Positions 27,601 through 36,600 of a DNA stretch of 64,000 bases are shown in pieces. The first letter of the stretch is position 1; every line of letters starts with the position of its first letter. Both the position numbers and the translations under genes were made by a program. The notes below the pieces were generated by a model, which made no database searches, was not told where the DNA came from, and saw only the letters and a program-made list of their open reading frames with translations. The stretch is from Devosia sp. (GTDB lineage: Bacteria; Pseudomonadota; Alphaproteobacteria; Rhizobiales; Devosiaceae). The stretch covers positions 17,589 to 81,588 of the forward strand of contig DATMSY010000021.1 of assembly GCA_035565135.1 (NCBI GenBank), in the 5' to 3' direction.

Positions 27601-27616
27601 TTGCAATGCTTTGCAA
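27601..27616. promoter_or_regulatory. Putative LacI operator TTGCAATGCTTTGCAA
   Basis: Matches TTGCA-N6-TGCAA; ends 23 bp before the ATG at 27640. Confidence 0.55.
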
Positions 27617-27639
27617 AGTACTGCCCTCTTTCCCGACTG

Positions 27640-28098
27640 ATGGAAACGCCTGTGACCACAGCGCAAATTTGGTGGACATCCGACCTGCGGTCGGTTTTCC
27701 CGCCGCAGAGCCCCCGACAGCTGAACGGCAAGCTGGCTTCCATCGCCTGCATTGCGGAAATTATCGGCGCCGATATCGGGTGGAACCGCGATGCCACCTC
27801 AAGGGCGGCCTATCGCATGGCCCGCTATTGGCTGAAGTCCGGCAAATGGGACCTCATCCTGGCCGCCTTGCATTGCCGTGGGGAAACCGCGCGCTGGCCG
27901 ACCAGTTCAAGACGCTGGGGCAGCGAACCCTTCAACCGCTTCGGCTACCCCCACGCGGGCTTCCTCACGATAATTTCGCTGCGCCAGGCCGACCTCTATC
28001 GCCGCAATGGCGGCCCCTCCCCCGCAGAACCCTTCCCCCTGCAGAAGCTGTGCCAGCTCTCGCTAACCTGGCAACGCCGCCCTTGGTCTTGGGAATGA
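27640..28098 (+). CDS. Hypothetical Trp/Arg-rich protein (about 152 aa)
   Basis: Fills an otherwise empty gap; codons mostly end in G/C; no recognisable motif or clear RBS. Confidence 0.45.
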   Translation: METPVTTAQIWWTSDLRSVFPPQSPRQLNGKLASIACIAEIIGADIGWNRDATSRAAYRMARYWLKSGKWDLILAALHCRGETARWPTSSRRWGSEPFNRFGYPHAGFLTIISLRQADLYRRNGGPSPAEPFPLQKLCQLSLTWQRRPWSWE

Positions 28099-28257
28099 CC
28101 TGGATAATCCATTCCGACCCCTCGCCGGGCAGGAACCGGGTTAGGCTGGCCCAAAACGTCAACGTCTGCTTTTCGGAACAACCATCCTCTGCTCGGCCGC
28201 TTGATCACCGCGGCCGAGCAGATTGGATCACGCCCTGTTGGCGGCAGGCTGCGGCGC

Positions 28258-29748
28258 CTAGCGCTCCGCTCGTTCGCTCATCATGCGGCGTACGGTGCCG
28301 AAAATGGCCAATCCCCAGATGATGAGGGTTGCCGCGCCCAGCACAGCCGCGATCGGGCGGCCGAAGAAACCGGCGAAATTGCCGCTGGTGATGATCATCG
28401 AGGTGGTGAAATTGGTCTCCACCAGGGGTCCGAGCACGATGCCAAGAATGATCGGGGCGATGGCAAAGCGCCGGGATTCAAGGACATAGGCCACAATGCC
28501 CAGCACCAGCATGATGCCGACACCGAACATGGTATTGTTGATGGAGAACGAGCCGACGATGCAGAACAGCAGGATTGCCGCATTGAGCAGCGCCCGCGGG
28601 ACCTCGAAAATCCAGCGCGCAGTGCGGGCGGCGACATAGCCGAGCGGCAGCATGAGGATATTGGCGATGACGAAGACCAGCATCACCGCATAGAAATTTT
28701 CGGGATGCACGGTCAGCAATTGCGGACCCGGATCGAGCCCCTTCATCACCAGCACGCCCACGGCAATTGCCGTCACCGCATCGCCGGGAATGCCGAAGAC
28801 CATGGCCGGAATCCATGAGGCGCTGAGCGCGGCATTATTGGTGGCGCCGGCCTCGACCAAACCCTCGGGATGTCCCTTGCCGAACAGCTCAGGGGTCTTG
28901 GACGTGCGCTTGGCCAGCGAATAGGTGATCCAGGCGGCCAGATCGCCGCCGACGCCCGGCAGCGCCCCGAGCAGGCTGCCGATGACCGAGCCACGAACCT
29001 GGTTCTTGCGATATTGCCAAAGCACCTTGAGCGTCCCTTTGAAAGGGTTGCGCCCATTGTCCTGCACGACAGCCGGAGCCCCGCTCCGCCCGGCGCGCAT
29101 GATCTCGGCCAAGGCAAACATGCCGATCATCGCCGGAATGAAGCTGATGCCGCCGGACAATTCGGTCAGCCCGAGGGTGAAGCGTTGCGAGCCCATCAGG
29201 GGATCAAGACCAACCTGGGCAATGAACAGGCCCAGCAGCAGCGACAGCGCGCCCTTGGCCATGCCGCCCGAGGAGATCAGCGCGGCGCAGCTGAGGCCGA
29301 GCACGGCCAGCCAGAAATATTCAAAGCTGGAAAAGCCTAGGGCGAATTTCGCCAGGGCCGGTGCGGTCAGCATCAGGAAGACGAAGCCGAAGAGGCCGCC
29401 CAGCACGGAGCCGATCACCCCGATACCAATGGCCAGCCCCGCCTGCCCTTTCTGGGCCATGCGATAGGAATCCTCGACATAGGCGGCCGAGGCGGGCGTG
29501 CCCGGAATGCGCAGCAGCGTGCCCGGCAGGTCGCCCGCGGTAATGGCCATGGCCGTGCAGGAAATAATCGCCGCAATGGCGGGGATCGGCGCCATGTAGA
29601 AGGTGACCGGCACCAGCAATGCCGTTGCCATGGTTGCCGTCAGCCCGGGCAGGGCGCCGACAAACAGGCCGAAAATGGCCGAGGCGGTGATGACAAGCAG
29701 GGTCTCGACATTGAAGACCAGGCCAAGCGCCAGAAGAAACGCGTCCAT
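28258..29748 (-). CDS. tctA: Tripartite tricarboxylate transporter large subunit
   Basis: GALPGLTATMA, LRIPGTPASA, LGALPGVGG and GIPGDAVTA motifs. Confidence 0.93.
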   Translation of the reverse strand: MDAFLLALGLVFNVETLLVITASAIFGLFVGALPGLTATMATALLVPVTFYMAPIPAIAAIISCTAMAITAGDLPGTLLRIPGTPASAAYVEDSYRMAQKGQAGLAIGIGVIGSVLGGLFGFVFLMLTAPALAKFALGFSSFEYFWLAVLGLSCAALISSGGMAKGALSLLLGLFIAQVGLDPLMGSQRFTLGLTELSGGISFIPAMIGMFALAEIMRAGRSGAPAVVQDNGRNPFKGTLKVLWQYRKNQVRGSVIGSLLGALPGVGGDLAAWITYSLAKRTSKTPELFGKGHPEGLVEAGATNNAALSASWIPAMVFGIPGDAVTAIAVGVLVMKGLDPGPQLLTVHPENFYAVMLVFVIANILMLPLGYVAARTARWIFEVPRALLNAAILLFCIVGSFSINNTMFGVGIMLVLGIVAYVLESRRFAIAPIILGIVLGPLVETNFTTSMIITSGNFAGFFGRPIAAVLGAATLIIWGLAIFGTVRRMMSERAER

Positions 29749-29751
29749 GAC

Positions 29752-30249
29752 CTAACCCACCAATCCACGGGGCAGCGGCACCCGGAAGCCATAGGCGAAA
29801 ACGGCATAGATCACGCCGGTGGCGATGGGGCTGAAAATCAGGGCCGGCAATAGCTTGCCCCCGCTCAGCAACACCACTGCGAAGGTGAAGAGCAGGCCGG
29901 TAACGAGAAAGCCCAGCACCGGCATCAACACGATGCTGGCCAGCGTCGAGCCCAGAATACCCAGAACAAAGGGGCTGAAGAATTTGGGCGGCGCATAGAG
30001 AATTGCCGTCTCCCTCGAGCCCTCCTCCGGCAACAAGGCAATGTCCTCATCCGGCGCGGTCAACCAGCCCTGCACCGCCAGGACGGCGCCGAAAAATGCC
30101 ATGGCGGCGCCGGTCAGGGTCGGGAACAGGCCTGGCCCGACGGGCAGTCCCGGCATGGAGTGAATGGTCAGAGCCTGGCTCAGGATGAGCAGACCGCCAG
30201 CGGCGAAAATCCCGCCCAAGGCTACGTCTTGATAGTTTCTTGTTTTCAA
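29752..30249 (-). CDS. tctB: Tripartite tricarboxylate transporter small subunit
   Basis: GPGLFP motif, four TM segments, C-terminal VPLPRG; TTG start after GGAGG. Confidence 0.88.
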   Translation of the reverse strand: MKTRNYQDVALGGIFAAGGLLILSQALTIHSMPGLPVGPGLFPTLTGAAMAFFGAVLAVQGWLTAPDEDIALLPEEGSRETAILYAPPKFFSPFVLGILGSTLASIVLMPVLGFLVTGLLFTFAVVLLSGGKLLPALIFSPIATGVIYAVFAYGFRVPLPRGLVG

Positions 30250-30301
30250 CTGACCCTCCTCCACGAGGTAGTCCCGGCCGCGAACGGCCGGGAGCAATTG
30301 A

Positions 30302-31270
30302 TTATTGAGCGGTGATGCCGGCCGTCGAGATAGCGGCGGCAAAGGCCTCGCCACGCCGTTTGAGGTAGGCTTCGAAATGGGGGCCGCCTTCCCAGACCAC
30401 GCCGTAATTGCGGCCATCCATGAAGGCGGCGAATTCGGCGCTGTTGACGATCTCGTCCAGCGCAACGGCAAGCTTGGCGACGACATCCTCGGGCATGCCC
30501 TTGGGTCCGCCCAGGCCGCGCCAGCCGGCAATCGAGAATTCGAGGCCGAGCGCTTTGGTGATGGGGGGCACGTCGGGCTGCTTGGGATTGACATCATTGC
30601 CGAGGAAGCCGAGCGGCCGGATTTCGCCGGCATCGACCAGGGACTGGGCTTCGGGGAATTGGGAGACGGCAACGTCGATGGCGCCGGCCGCCAGCAATTG
30701 CAGCGACGGGGTCGCCCCATCGGTGGGCACCCAGAAGGCCTTTTCGGCCGGAGCGCCAAGCAATTGCACCAGGCTCACCCATGACAGGTGATTGAGCCCG
30801 CCGAAATTGGCGCCGCTGGCCTTGACCGCCTGCGGATCGGCTTTCACCGCCTCGGCCAGGTCCTGCATCGACTGATAGGGCGAGTCGGCGCGCACGAAAA
30901 CAGCCGACGGGTCCGCATTGAACAGCCCGATCAGGGTGAAGTCCTCATAGGTCATGTCGGCCGAGCCGACCGCCTTGTACATGGACAATTCGGTCGTGAT
31001 GATGCCCAGCGTATAGCCATCGGGATTGGCCGCCTTGATCGCCTCATGCCCGACAATGCCGCCGCCGCCGGTGCGGTTGTTGATGGTGATCGGCTGGCCC
31101 AGCTTTTCTTCCAGCATGGTGGCGATGATGCGCCCGGTCGCATCGGTGCCGCCGCCGGCCGCCCATGGAATGATCAGCTCGATCGGTCGATCCGGATATT
31201 GCGCCATGGCCGAACCGGCCACCATGACCGTCGCGGCGAAAGCGAGCGCGAGCGTCTTAACGACTTTCAT
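30302..31270 (-). CDS. tctC: Tripartite tricarboxylate transporter substrate-binding protein (Bug family)
   Basis: YPDRPIELIIPWAAGGGTD, NRTGGGG, PDGYTL and WRGL-GPKGMP motifs. Confidence 0.93.
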   Translation of the reverse strand: MKVVKTLALAFAATVMVAGSAMAQYPDRPIELIIPWAAGGGTDATGRIIATMLEEKLGQPITINNRTGGGGIVGHEAIKAANPDGYTLGIITTELSMYKAVGSADMTYEDFTLIGLFNADPSAVFVRADSPYQSMQDLAEAVKADPQAVKASGANFGGLNHLSWVSLVQLLGAPAEKAFWVPTDGATPSLQLLAAGAIDVAVSQFPEAQSLVDAGEIRPLGFLGNDVNPKQPDVPPITKALGLEFSIAGWRGLGGPKGMPEDVVAKLAVALDEIVNSAEFAAFMDGRNYGVVWEGGPHFEAYLKRRGEAFAAAISTAGITAQ

Positions 31271-31338
31271 CAAAGTCCTCCCTTGAGGCCGGCTGGCTTG
31301 CCGGCAAATTGCGCGATCACACCGTATCGCGAAAGTTT

Positions 31339-31508
31339 ATACCACATTCCGGAATTACCACGACGTCTCCGCCGTGGCAACAGGCCAGAGGAGCGACGAC
31401 CGAAACAACCGAATATGCCGTTTATGGCAACATTCCTCGCCATGACGTTGACAGATGCCGAAAATTCCCCATACAACATAAATGGGATTTCATTCCACAA
31501 TATGGAAT
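31339..31508. promoter_or_regulatory. Divergent promoter region with two related inverted repeats (putative IclR sites) and a TTGACA -35
   Basis: ATACCACATTCCGGAAT at 31339-31355, ATTCCACAATATGGAAT at 31492-31508, TTGACA at 31448-31453. Confidence 0.55.
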
Positions 31509-31614
31509 TCTTGAAATGCCGGGCGTCGCTTTGCAAACCCACCCCGGCCGTCACTTGAACGAATCTGCAGGCATCGCCCCCACGCATGGGCACGCCCGCC
31601 CTTGGAGGAAAGAC

Positions 31615-32550
31615 ATGTCGAACCCAATTGCCCAGTCGGTGCGCGAAACGCTCACTGGCATCCTGCCCCCGCTGTCGATGCCGTTCGGCGAACAGGGCAA
31701 TCTGGTGAAGGGCGCGCTCAAGGCGCAGGTTGATTTCATGATCGAATCGGGCGTGCGCGCCGTGGTTGTCGGCGGCTCGACCGGCGAAGGGCACACGCTC
31801 TCGACCAGCGAATTCGTCGAAGCCATGACCGAAGCCTATGAGGCCACTGCCGGCCGCGTGCCCTTCGTCGCCGGGCTGATCGTGCAATCGACGCGCGAAG
31901 CCATCGATCGCGTCAAGGCGCTGGGCGACATGAAGATCGCCGCCCTCCAGGTCACCCCGGTCCACTATCTGTTCAAGCCGGGCCTCGAAGCCACGATCGA
32001 GCACTTCCGCGCCATCTATGAAGAGACCAAGGTTCCGGTCCTCATCTACAATGTCATTCCCTGGAACTATCTCAGCGTCGATGACATGCTGGCCATCATG
32101 GACGCCGTGCCCGGCGTTGTCGGCATGAAGCAGTCCTCGGGCGACGTGAAATCGGTGTCCGACCTGGTGCTGCGCGCCAAGCCGGAAAACGTCATTCTGA
32201 CCGGCATCGATGCCCTGCTCTATCCAAGCTTTGCCCTGGGCGCCCATGGCGCCATCAGCGCGCTGACCTGCGCCGTGCCGGGCGTGACGGTCAAGCTCTA
32301 CAATGCCGTCCAGGCCAAGGATTACGAGACCGCCAGGGACATCCACTTCCGCCTCAATGCATTGTGGAACGCCATGCGCCATGACAATCTGCCGGCCTGC
32401 GTCAAATATGTGCAGCACCGCCAGGGCCTGCCCCTGTTCCACCCGCGCGCGCCCATGGAACGCGTCACTGAGGCGCAGAAGCACAAGATCGACGCCGCGC
32501 TCGCCCCGGTACTCGAACTGGTCGACGTGCGCGCCCGCTCCGCCGCCTAA
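31615..32550 (+). CDS. DHDPS/NAL-family class I aldolase or lyase
   Basis: GGSTGEG, LIYN and GMKQSSGD motifs; GGAGG RBS before MSNPIA. Confidence 0.9.
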   Translation: MSNPIAQSVRETLTGILPPLSMPFGEQGNLVKGALKAQVDFMIESGVRAVVVGGSTGEGHTLSTSEFVEAMTEAYEATAGRVPFVAGLIVQSTREAIDRVKALGDMKIAALQVTPVHYLFKPGLEATIEHFRAIYEETKVPVLIYNVIPWNYLSVDDMLAIMDAVPGVVGMKQSSGDVKSVSDLVLRAKPENVILTGIDALLYPSFALGAHGAISALTCAVPGVTVKLYNAVQAKDYETARDIHFRLNALWNAMRHDNLPACVKYVQHRQGLPLFHPRAPMERVTEAQKHKIDAALAPVLELVDVRARSAA

Positions 32551-32610
32551 GCCAGCATTGACCGGCCGAAGAGCCAAATGCGGCCGGTCAAAACGCCCAG
32601 GGAGGACGAA

Positions 32611-33606
32611 CTGAAAAAGCTGATCAACGACCCCGCCGATTATGTCGAGGAAATGCTCGATGGCCTGTGCCTGGCTCACCCCGGCCTCGTCCGTGTCGGC
32701 GAGGACCGCCGCGCCATTGCCCGGGCCACGCCCATGGCTCAGGGCAAGGTTGGCCTGATCTCGGGTGGCGGCTCGGGCCACCTGCCCTTGTTTACCGGCT
32801 ATGTCGGAGAGGGCCTGCTCGACGCCTGTGCCATCGGCAATGTGTTCGAGGGTCCCACCATCAATGCCTGCCAGGACGCCATCGCTGCCGCCAATGGCGG
32901 CGCGGGCGTGCTGTGCCTCTTTGGCAATTACGGCGGCGACAAGATGAACTTCGAAATGGCGAGCGAATTTGCCGCCATGGACAATGTCGAAACCCGCACC
33001 GTGCTCGGCACCGATGACATTGCCAGCGCCGGCCCGCAGGAGGCCCATAAGCGCCGCGGCGTCGCCGGCTTGATCTATGCCTACAAGACCGCCGGAGCGC
33101 TGGCCGCGCAGGGCGGCGATCTCAATGCCGTAGCCGCCATCGCGCAGAAGACCGTCGATCGCACCCGCACCATTGGCGTCGCCCTCTCCTCCTGCCAGAT
33201 CCCGGGCGCAGCAGGCCCCAATTTCACCATTGCCGACGACGAGATCGAAATGGGCATGGGCATTCATGGCGAGCCCGGCATCTGGCGCAAAAAGATCCGC
33301 CCGGCGGACGAGTTGGTCGATGAGATGATCGCCATGCTGCTGGCCGAACGCCCCCAGGGCGCGAACCGCGTATCGGTGCTGGTCAACAGTCTCGGCTCGA
33401 CCCCGTTCGAGGAATTGTTCATCCTCTACCGCCGCGCCGCCCAGCAGCTGAATGCCGCCGGTCTCACCGTGGTCCGCCCGCTTGTCGGCCCCTATGTTAC
33501 CTCCATGGAAATGGGTGGCGCCTCGATCAGCCTCTGTTTCCTCGACGATGAGATCGAAGCCTTGCTGGCCGCTCCGGCCGATTGTCCCTTCTGGCGAGTG
33601 GATTGA
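32611..33606 (+). CDS. dhaK: Dihydroxyacetone kinase K subunit (triose/tetrose kinase family)
   Basis: KKLINDP, ISGGGSGHLP, NYGGDKMNF, RRGVAG, GMGIHGEPG and TSMEMGG motifs; probable CTG start. Confidence 0.9.
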   Translation: MKKLINDPADYVEEMLDGLCLAHPGLVRVGEDRRAIARATPMAQGKVGLISGGGSGHLPLFTGYVGEGLLDACAIGNVFEGPTINACQDAIAAANGGAGVLCLFGNYGGDKMNFEMASEFAAMDNVETRTVLGTDDIASAGPQEAHKRRGVAGLIYAYKTAGALAAQGGDLNAVAAIAQKTVDRTRTIGVALSSCQIPGAAGPNFTIADDEIEMGMGIHGEPGIWRKKIRPADELVDEMIAMLLAERPQGANRVSVLVNSLGSTPFEELFILYRRAAQQLNAAGLTVVRPLVGPYVTSMEMGGASISLCFLDDEIEALLAAPADCPFWRVD

Positions 33607-33609
33607 ACC

Positions 33610-34242
33610 ATGGCGATCACGCAGGAAACCCTGGCAACGGCCATCGATCGCGCGCACGCCCGCATGGCGAGCCTGACCGACACGCTCAATGCCGCCGATG
33701 CCAAACTTGGCGATGGCGATACCGGCACCATGCTGGCGCGTCTCATATCCACCTTCGCCGCGGTGGACGTCCGCTCTGCGCCCGACCTTGGCGCGGCCTT
33801 CATGGCCCTCGCAAAAGCGGGCGCGGCCTCCACCGGATCGAGCCTTGGCACGCTGGTGATCACCGCAATGATGACGGCGGGCAAGGCAAGTGCCGGCCAG
33901 CAATCGATCGGCTGGGACCGGCTGGGCGCATTGCTCGCCTCCATCCGCTTTGCCGCCATGGCGCGGGGCAAGGCCGAGCTCGGCGCCAAGACCATTATTG
34001 ACGGGCTCGACGCCCTGGCCAGCGCCACCGAGGGCAAGGACGATCCCCGAACCATCGCCATCGCCGCCGGCGCGGCCATGCATACCGTGCTCGAGGAATT
34101 CCGCCAGCGCCCCTGCACCATGGGTCGCGCCCGCATGTTCGCCGAGAAAAGCATTGGCCTCGACGATCCCGGCATGTTGGCCCTGGCGGAGCTGGTCTGG
34201 GCAATCGCAGGTCAGCATCATGCCGGCACCACGCTTGCTTGA
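33610..34242 (+). CDS. dhaL: Dihydroxyacetone kinase L subunit (DAK2 domain)
   Basis: DAKLGDGDTG, RGKAELGAKTIID and GRAR...DDPG motifs. Confidence 0.9.
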   Translation: MAITQETLATAIDRAHARMASLTDTLNAADAKLGDGDTGTMLARLISTFAAVDVRSAPDLGAAFMALAKAGAASTGSSLGTLVITAMMTAGKASAGQQSIGWDRLGALLASIRFAAMARGKAELGAKTIIDGLDALASATEGKDDPRTIAIAAGAAMHTVLEEFRQRPCTMGRARMFAEKSIGLDDPGMLALAELVWAIAGQHHAGTTLA

Positions 34243-34325
34243 GGTGAACCGGCAAGTGAATTATGGGTTTGAACCGAAGCTGCAAAACGCGTCACCGGAT
34301 CGATTGAAGTATTGAGGCCAAGGCG

Positions 34326-35123
34326 ATGACCGATCCTGTTGACGCAACTGCCGCCGCCAAACCGGCGCGGGGCGATGAAAGCCTCAAGTCGCTGACCAAG
34401 GTGTCGCGCGTGCTCGATTGCTTCACCACCAGCCAGCGCTCGCTGAGCCTGGCCGATATCTGCGCCCGCACCGGCTATCCGCGCTCCACCACCCATCGTC
34501 TGCTGGCCGCCATGCGCGAAGTGGGCTTTGTCGAGCAGGACCGCGAACGCGACTTCTATCGCCTGGGGCTGCGGCTGTTCGAATTGGGCAATGTCGTGCT
34601 GGCCAATCTGGAGCTGCATCGCGAGGGCCGCGCCATCGTGGATGCCTTGCATCGCCTGACCAGCCGCCCCGTGCATCTGGCCGTGTTCGACGGTCTGCGC
34701 GCAGTGGTCATCCAGCGCACCGAAGCCGAGCCCATGCTGTCCAATACCATGGTCGAGAATTCGCCGGCCTATTGCACCAGCGTCGGCAAGGCCATCCTGG
34801 CCTATCAGCCCGCCGAAATCGTGCAGCGCGTCATCGATGCGGGCCTCGAGCGCTTCACCGAAACCACCATCACCGATCCCACCGCATTGCAGGCCGAGCT
34901 CGAGCTCACCCGGCAGCGCGGCTTTGCCATCGACAATGGCGAACACCAGCCGGGCCTGCGCTGCGTCGGGGCGCCGATCCGCAACCAGTCCGGCGCCATT
35001 TTCGCCGGCATCAGCGTCAGCGCCCCGTCCTGGCAATTGCCCATGGCCGAAGTGGATGAACTCAACAAGGTGGTGATCTACCACGCCAACCTCATCTCCC
35101 AGAGATTGGGCTATATGCGCTGA
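34326..35123 (+). CDS. IclR-family transcriptional regulator
   Basis: HTH RSTTHRLL, CTSVGKAILA and GLRCVGAPI motifs. Confidence 0.95.
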   Translation: MTDPVDATAAAKPARGDESLKSLTKVSRVLDCFTTSQRSLSLADICARTGYPRSTTHRLLAAMREVGFVEQDRERDFYRLGLRLFELGNVVLANLELHREGRAIVDALHRLTSRPVHLAVFDGLRAVVIQRTEAEPMLSNTMVENSPAYCTSVGKAILAYQPAEIVQRVIDAGLERFTETTITDPTALQAELELTRQRGFAIDNGEHQPGLRCVGAPIRNQSGAIFAGISVSAPSWQLPMAEVDELNKVVIYHANLISQRLGYMR

Positions 35124-35191
35124 TCGCGGCATCGGCCCCTCCTCCCCGAGCGGCTAGATGGTGTGAGCCGGCCCGGGGGCCGACTGCGGTG

Positions 35192-35869
35192 TCAGACGGG
35201 GCCGGCAGAGCCGACCGGCCAGATGTCGCGCAGGTTCTCGCCGGCCAGGATGCGCGTGCGGCAGCGGATTTCCGCTTCGCCATTGGCATCGGCGGCATCG
35301 GCAATGACGCTCACCAGATTGGCGGGAATGACGACGACGCCGGTGACATCGGCAAAGATCACATCGCCCGGCCGCACTTTGACGCCGTCGATATCGAGCT
35401 CCACCTGATAATGGGCCGGCTCCATGCGGCCCGACACGCCCACCGGGCTCATGCCCTTGGCAAAGAGCGGATAATCGAGCTTGCGCACTTCGGCCAGGTC
35501 CCGCACCGTGCCATTGACCACGGTGGCCGCCGCGCCCTTGGTCTTGGCGCCGCTCGACATCAATTCGCCCGTGCCCGAGCCCTCGGCGCAGGAGGAATCG
35601 ACCAGCAGAATGCCGCCCTTGACCACCGCGTCGATGGCCCCGTGATAGACGTCCTGCGGCTGGCCGATACGCGTGCTGGGTTCATAGCGCACGGTCGATA
35701 CCGGGCCGCAGATCACCTGGCCGGGATGCAGCACGCCGAACTGGCTGATGCCCTTGAGATAGCCATAGGGCCCGCGGCCATCGAGCACGTCGTGAATATC
35801 GCCCGAATACCATTTCGACAGGCGCTTGATCGCCGCCCAATCGGTCTGGTTGTAGTCATATGCGGCCAT
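35192..35869 (-). CDS. RraA/HMG-CHA aldolase family protein
   Basis: GELMS, NGTVRD and VRPGDVIFADVTGVVVIP motifs. Confidence 0.88.
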   Translation of the reverse strand: MAAYDYNQTDWAAIKRLSKWYSGDIHDVLDGRGPYGYLKGISQFGVLHPGQVICGPVSTVRYEPSTRIGQPQDVYHGAIDAVVKGGILLVDSSCAEGSGTGELMSSGAKTKGAAATVVNGTVRDLAEVRKLDYPLFAKGMSPVGVSGRMEPAHYQVELDIDGVKVRPGDVIFADVTGVVVIPANLVSVIADAADANGEAEIRCRTRILAGENLRDIWPVGSAGPV

Positions 35870-36600
35870 TAGCTGGTCCGTCCCTGCTGTTTTGCGGCTG
35901 AAATCGCCTGTTGGAGATAGGTGGTGGAATTGTCGATATGCTCGCGCACCAGCGCCCGGCTGCCCTCGACGTCACCGGCGCGGATGGCGGCATGGATGGC
36001 CTGGTGTTCGGCCACGCCATCGGCCTGGGTCTTGCTGGCGGCCCGGCTGGTCAGCCGGATGACATCGGTGATGAGGCCGTAGAGATTGCCATAGACGCTG
36101 GAGAGGATTTCATTGCCCAGTGACTGCACCAGCGCCTTGTGAAAATCGGCGTCGGACTGGGCGTATTGGGCAAAATCCTTGGCGGCGGCGAGGCCGTCCA
36201 GCGCCTTGCCGACATCGTCGGACAGCGCCCCCTCGCCCGCCGCGAGCCGGCCCACCACTTCCTGCTCGAACATGCGGCGCACATCCATCAGCTGCACCAG
36301 ATAGCCGGCATCCTTGGCAAACAGGTCCCGCACAGTCGTTGCCAGCGATCCCAGGAACTGCTCGACGTCGTCGCGCACCACCTCGGCCCGCTCGCCATGG
36401 CGGCGGCGCACCAGCCCCTTGGTTTCAAGGATTTGCAGGCCTTCGCGCACCGAGCGCGTGCTGATCGAGAATTGCCGGCCGATCTCGGCCTCGGAGGGCA
36501 GCCGTTCGCCGACCTTGAGCTCACCCGACAGGATTTGCGCCTCGATGGCCGAGACCACCGAGACATAGAGCCGGTCACGATCGGAGGCTGGGGAGGTCAC
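35869..36600 (-). CDS. GntR/FadR-family transcriptional regulator
   Basis: GERLPSEAE, SVREGL, DADFH and EH motifs; GTGA overlap with the SDR stop codon. Confidence 0.92.
   Translation of the reverse strand: MTSPASDRDRLYVSVVSAIEAQILSGELKVGERLPSEAEIGRQFSISTRSVREGLQILETKGLVRRRHGERAEVVRDDVEQFLGSLATTVRDLFAKDAGYLVQLMDVRRMFEQEVVGRLAAGEGALSDDVGKALDGLAAAKDFAQYAQSDADFHKALVQSLGNEILSSVYGNLYGLITDVIRLTSRAASKTQADGVAEHQAIHAAIRAGDVEGSRALVREHIDNSTTYLQQAISAAKQQGRTS

Noticed and set aside
29752-30759. 335-aa TctB-containing ORF
   Set aside because: The upstream part is off-frame within tctC; RBS and TTG at 30249 give a normal-sized TctB
31270-34221. 983-aa minus-strand ORF
   Set aside because: Antisense shadow of the aldolase, dhaK and dhaL genes; no motifs; typical of GC-rich DNA
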